NCBI GenBank assembly: GCA_025839675.1
Contig: CP104013.1
Span: 2,849,121-2,913,120, forward strand
Source of the DNA: Candidatus Lokiarchaeum ossiferum
Lineage (GTDB): Archaea > Asgardarchaeota > Lokiarchaeia > Sigyniarchaeales > Promethearchaeaceae
DNA: 64,000 nucleotides
Direction of reading: 5' to 3'
Shown here: in pieces, positions 60,867-64,000 of the stretch
Layout of the letters: each line of letters begins with the position of its first letter
Numbering within the stretch: the first letter of the stretch is position 1
The notes under the pieces: generated by a model
What the model was told of the DNA's origin: nothing
What the model saw: the letters and a program-made list of their open reading frames with translations, nothing else
Database searches by the model: none
Made by a program: the position numbers and the translations under genes

Positions 60867-62441
60867 ATGCGTAAAACAAATTCAATCCCACGGTCTGCGG
60901 GAATTCTCTTACACCCTACTTCCCTTCATACACCATTTGGTATAGGGGATTTTGGTTCCAAAGCAATTCATTTTATTCAATATTTAAAAAAGTGTGGTCA
61001 AAAATTCTGGCAAATCCTACCATTAGGACCTACTGGGTATGCAGATTCACCTTATCAATGTATTTCAACCTTTGCAGGGAATCCTCTTTTAATCAGCATG
61101 GATGGACTCATAAAAATGCAATTGATTACTCAAAAAGAAGTCATGCAGTGTTTCGAAACCAGTCCAGATCCCAATACTCCAGAAATTCAATGGACAATTT
61201 CTACAAAAATTAATTATCAGGCTGTGAGGAAAAGCAAATATCAAGTGTTTGAAATATCTTATAACAATTTCATAAGGTCAAACTATGAGGGGAAAACCCA
61301 ATTTTTACAAGAATTTTCAGATTTTTGCCGAGAAGAAAAAGACTGGTTGGATGATTTTGTATTATTTACTTCACTAAAAAATCAGCATGACTCAAAATCT
61401 TGGATCAAATGGCCGGAAAAATATCGAAATCGACGAATTCACTCAAACGCGATTAAAGTATGGATTGCAGGACATAAAAAAGAGTTAGATTACTACAGAT
61501 TTATCCAGTGGATCTTTGCGAAGCAATGGAAAGAATTAAAAACCTATGCTAATAAACAAGGCATCCAAATTATTGGAGATATGCCAATTTTTGTAGCCCA
61601 TGATTCTGTAGATGTATGGAGCAATCCGGAATTATTTTCTCTTGACTCTTCCGGCATTTTGGAAACACAAGCAGGTGTCCCTCCAGATTATTTTAGCCCC
61701 ACAGGACAATTATGGGGAAATCCTTTGTATAATTGGAAACAAATGGAGTTGAATGGCTTTAAATGGTTTATTAGGCGATTTAAAAAGCTAGCAGACTTTT
61801 ATGATTGGATTAGAATTGACCACTTCAGAGGATTTGAAGCCTTCTGGGAAGTTGACGGGATCGCCACGGATGCAATTAAAGGAAAATGGGTAAAGGCACC
61901 AGGGGAAAAACTTTTCAAAGAAGTGGAGAAAGAATTGGGGCAGTTACCAATTTTTGCTGAGGATTTAGGCATAATTACTGCTGAAGTTGAGCAATTACGA
62001 GATAAATTTGATTTTCCTGGGATGAAAGTAATGCAATTTGCATTTGGAGACGATTCAAATAATCCGCATTTACCTCATAATGTAATTCCCAACTCAATTG
62101 TTTACTCAGGTACTCATGACAATGACACCACGGTAGGATGGTGGCAAAATGGGGCAACTAAAGAAGAAAAAGAAATGTTTATGGAATATTTAAACGCAGA
62201 AGGAATGAATATCATTGAGGATATGATCAAAGGATTATATCGAACTTCTGCAAAAATTGCAATTATACCTATTCAAGACTTATTGGGATTGGGTTCAAAA
62301 TCCCGGATGAATACTCCAAGTGTAACCCAAGGTAATTGGCAATTTCGACTAAAATATGGGGATCTTTCCGAACAAAAAGCCATTTGGATACGTAAAATAG
62401 CATCCCTCTACGGAAGATTACCCGTTGACCCTAAATCATGA
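60867..62441 (+). CDS. malQ: 4-alpha-glucanotransferase (amylomaltase, GH77)
   Basis: N-terminal RSAGILLHPTSLHTPFGIGDFG and GH77 catalytic regions (IDHFRGF, GDMPIFVAHDS, FAEDLG). Confidence 0.85.
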   Translation: MRKTNSIPRSAGILLHPTSLHTPFGIGDFGSKAIHFIQYLKKCGQKFWQILPLGPTGYADSPYQCISTFAGNPLLISMDGLIKMQLITQKEVMQCFETSPDPNTPEIQWTISTKINYQAVRKSKYQVFEISYNNFIRSNYEGKTQFLQEFSDFCREEKDWLDDFVLFTSLKNQHDSKSWIKWPEKYRNRRIHSNAIKVWIAGHKKELDYYRFIQWIFAKQWKELKTYANKQGIQIIGDMPIFVAHDSVDVWSNPELFSLDSSGILETQAGVPPDYFSPTGQLWGNPLYNWKQMELNGFKWFIRRFKKLADFYDWIRIDHFRGFEAFWEVDGIATDAIKGKWVKAPGEKLFKEVEKELGQLPIFAEDLGIITAEVEQLRDKFDFPGMKVMQFAFGDDSNNPHLPHNVIPNSIVYSGTHDNDTTVGWWQNGATKEEKEMFMEYLNAEGMNIIEDMIKGLYRTSAKIAIIPIQDLLGLGSKSRMNTPSVTQGNWQFRLKYGDLSEQKAIWIRKIASLYGRLPVDPKS

Positions 62442-63218
62442 ACGATTTATTAAATAATTTTTTACTTTCTCGTAAATTTTTGCCATTTTTTCTGTCTGCG
62501 GTAAAGTTTGATTTAAGATTTCGATATATCTTCTTTCCTTTATAATTTCAAAAGATCGAGGAAAATTTAAGTCAAATACCCAAGCGAGTTGTAAAATCTT
62601 AAAATCTGTGACCGAAACAATATCTTCATGCTTGACTAATTGATCATTCATAATCGAGGTGAAAACTTTGTCTGAAATAATTTGGGAATTGGGTAATCCT
62701 AATTCGATAGTATTTGCAAATATTGGGTCTGGATTTTGGTAGTGATCACACACGACTTTATAAATATCAATTTTATCGGCATCTCGGATGAGTTTGGTAA
62801 AGAAAATTTCCTGATCAGAAAGTTCCAGAGGAACATGAGCTACATTATGATAATTTATTGCAGAAAGGATTAAGATTTGTTCATTAGGAGGTAAAATGGC
62901 GAGTATATCTTTTTTTTGAAGAATATTAACTGCTAAATGGGCATGATTCACCGATTTCCTATCTGCAAATGTATTATATTCAAAAAATTGTTGAAAACGG
63001 CCTAAATCATGAAATAACGCAATTATCCGGGAAAGTTCCACATCATTTGGTGAAATTTTAAGATGGGAGGCAATATCTTCAATTGCCGCAATCACTCGCA
63101 TGGTATGATCAATCTTCAATTGAATATTTCGATTGAAACCAAGATCAGAAGTCAGAAAAGATTGAGAATACGACGTAAACCATGATTTCATAGTTTGATA
63201 GTGATGAATCGATGCCAT
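62436..63218 (-). CDS. HD-domain phosphohydrolase
   Basis: H...HDLGR metal-binding motif; 260 aa. Confidence 0.7.
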   Translation of the reverse strand: MASIHHYQTMKSWFTSYSQSFLTSDLGFNRNIQLKIDHTMRVIAAIEDIASHLKISPNDVELSRIIALFHDLGRFQQFFEYNTFADRKSVNHAHLAVNILQKKDILAILPPNEQILILSAINYHNVAHVPLELSDQEIFFTKLIRDADKIDIYKVVCDHYQNPDPIFANTIELGLPNSQIISDKVFTSIMNDQLVKHEDIVSVTDFKILQLAWVFDLNFPRSFEIIKERRYIEILNQTLPQTEKMAKIYEKVKNYLINRS

Positions 63219-63911
63219 TGGGAATGATTGTAAAAATATACCAATCCAAATGAATTTTTGTGAATGAATTCAAGCAGAATTAAAGATATTGTTTTATTCG
63301 AAAGCAAATCAATATTCAATGGCCAAGATTCTAAAGTTATGAATTGAGGCCATTGGAATGATTACGTGAATGAATCACACCACATGAATAATGTCAATCA
63401 AAAAAAAGCACGTTTTACCATGGTGGAACAAATTAAGATCGAAGTCGGGATAATTGATATATAATATTTACTGATCTTCATATCAATCTCAGTGAATTTA
63501 GGACAAAGAACTTTACTTTTTCTTCTTATCATTGACAGCTTTCTTGTTAATTTTTGCTTTATCCTTTTTATCTTTACGATTATTTTCCATTTTCTTTTTT
63601 CGAGGCGTATTTTTTGGCATTGAATTTAGCAACTCCAATTTTATTATTACATCCAAGTTCTTTAAACCTTTAGTATCTCAATTATCTTCATTTTATGGGA
63701 TTTTTGCAATATTTAGCGAACCAAAATTTCTTGAAAGTGTAAATAGTTCAATTTTACTGGAATGTTCTCAATCAGAAATTGATTTTATTTTTTTTCAAAA
63801 AAAGCATTAAATTATAGTCGTGATGAGATTATTTTTAGATTAATACCTCCATTTATTATTGCCTTAAGTTTAAATAGTTCAGTTAGAACATAGAATTAGG
63901 AGAAATGATGT

Positions 63912-64000
63912 ATGACGGACAAAGAACCAATAGAGCGGACAAAAATCAATCAGAAACAGCCAGATTCCATACAGCCTCCCCTTAATTCAGCAGACATACA
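63912..64000 (+). CDS. Possible 5' end of a gene running off the window (MTDKEPIERTKINQKQPDS...)
   Basis: ATG preceded by AGGAGA; only 29 codons are visible. Confidence 0.15.
   Translation, partial: MTDKEPIERTKINQKQPDSIQPPLNSADI

Noticed and set aside
63532-63810. 92-aa Phe/Leu-rich ORF
   Set aside because: Lies in an AT-rich intergenic region with no RBS. The poly-Phe/Ile composition is typical of translated AT-rich non-coding DNA.
1-64000. CRISPR arrays, IS elements, integrases, prophage genes
   Set aside because: No direct repeat arrays, no transposase or integrase-like ORFs, and no terminal inverted repeats were seen. The window looks like core chromosome.

Overview
This 64-kb window is AT-rich (about one third GC, estimated by eye) and densely coding, with about 55 genes on both strands. 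I found no rRNA, canonical tRNA, CRISPR array or recognisable mobile element. The gene content indicates an archaeon with an anaerobic, fermentative and C1/glycine-linked metabolism, possibly of the Asgard/Lokiarchaeia type, but that assignment is inference only. The archaeal markers are a CDP-archaeol synthase, a PGF-CTERM surface glycoprotein, a proteasome beta-type subunit, a ZPR1 zinc finger and the porGDAB pyruvate:ferredoxin oxidoreductase gene order.

Recognisable metabolic modules are:
- iron-containing alcohol dehydrogenase and tungsten-type aldehyde:ferredoxin oxidoreductase (AOR);
- a MetF methylene-tetrahydrofolate reductase with a MetV-like partner;
- a four-subunit pyruvate:ferredoxin oxidoreductase;
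- a thiolase followed by two short-chain dehydrogenases;
- a pyrophosphate-dependent phosphofructokinase;
- a complete glycine-cleavage operon (gcvT-H-PA-PB), followed directly by a glycyl-radical-enzyme activase and a glycyl radical enzyme carrying the dehydratase/lyase-type Cys-x-Glu active site;
- M20 and M42 peptidases, a 4-alpha-glucanotransferase and an aspartate-type aminotransferase.

Other assignable genes are a MoxR AAA+ ATPase with a vWA partner and a TPR protein, a hybrid PAS/GAF histidine kinase with a receiver domain, a truncated PAS membrane sensor at the window start, an orphan CheR-like methyltransferase, an MFS transporter and an ArsB/NhaD-type permease.

The candidates most worth a second look are listed below.
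- A minus-strand three-gene cluster (41595..46541): an archaeal B12-binding radical SAM enzyme, a large DUF362-domain protein with a Lys-rich coiled-coil tail, and a 544-aa protein with no recognisable domain.
- A tightly coupled pair (56403..60768): a tandem helix-hairpin-helix protein and a 1193-aa membrane-anchored protein with PBS-lyase HEAT-like repeats and a C-terminal TPR.
- A GC-rich roughly 120-nt intergenic island with cloverleaf-like nested stems (29054..29173), directly downstream of a divergent YrdC-like/THUMP-like gene pair. This is a candidate structured ncRNA.
- A proteasome beta-like subunit that lacks the catalytic N-terminal Thr.
- A PGF-CTERM, heavily N-glycosylation-sequon-decorated surface protein.

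All functional calls rest on motif and domain recognition by eye, with no database searches.
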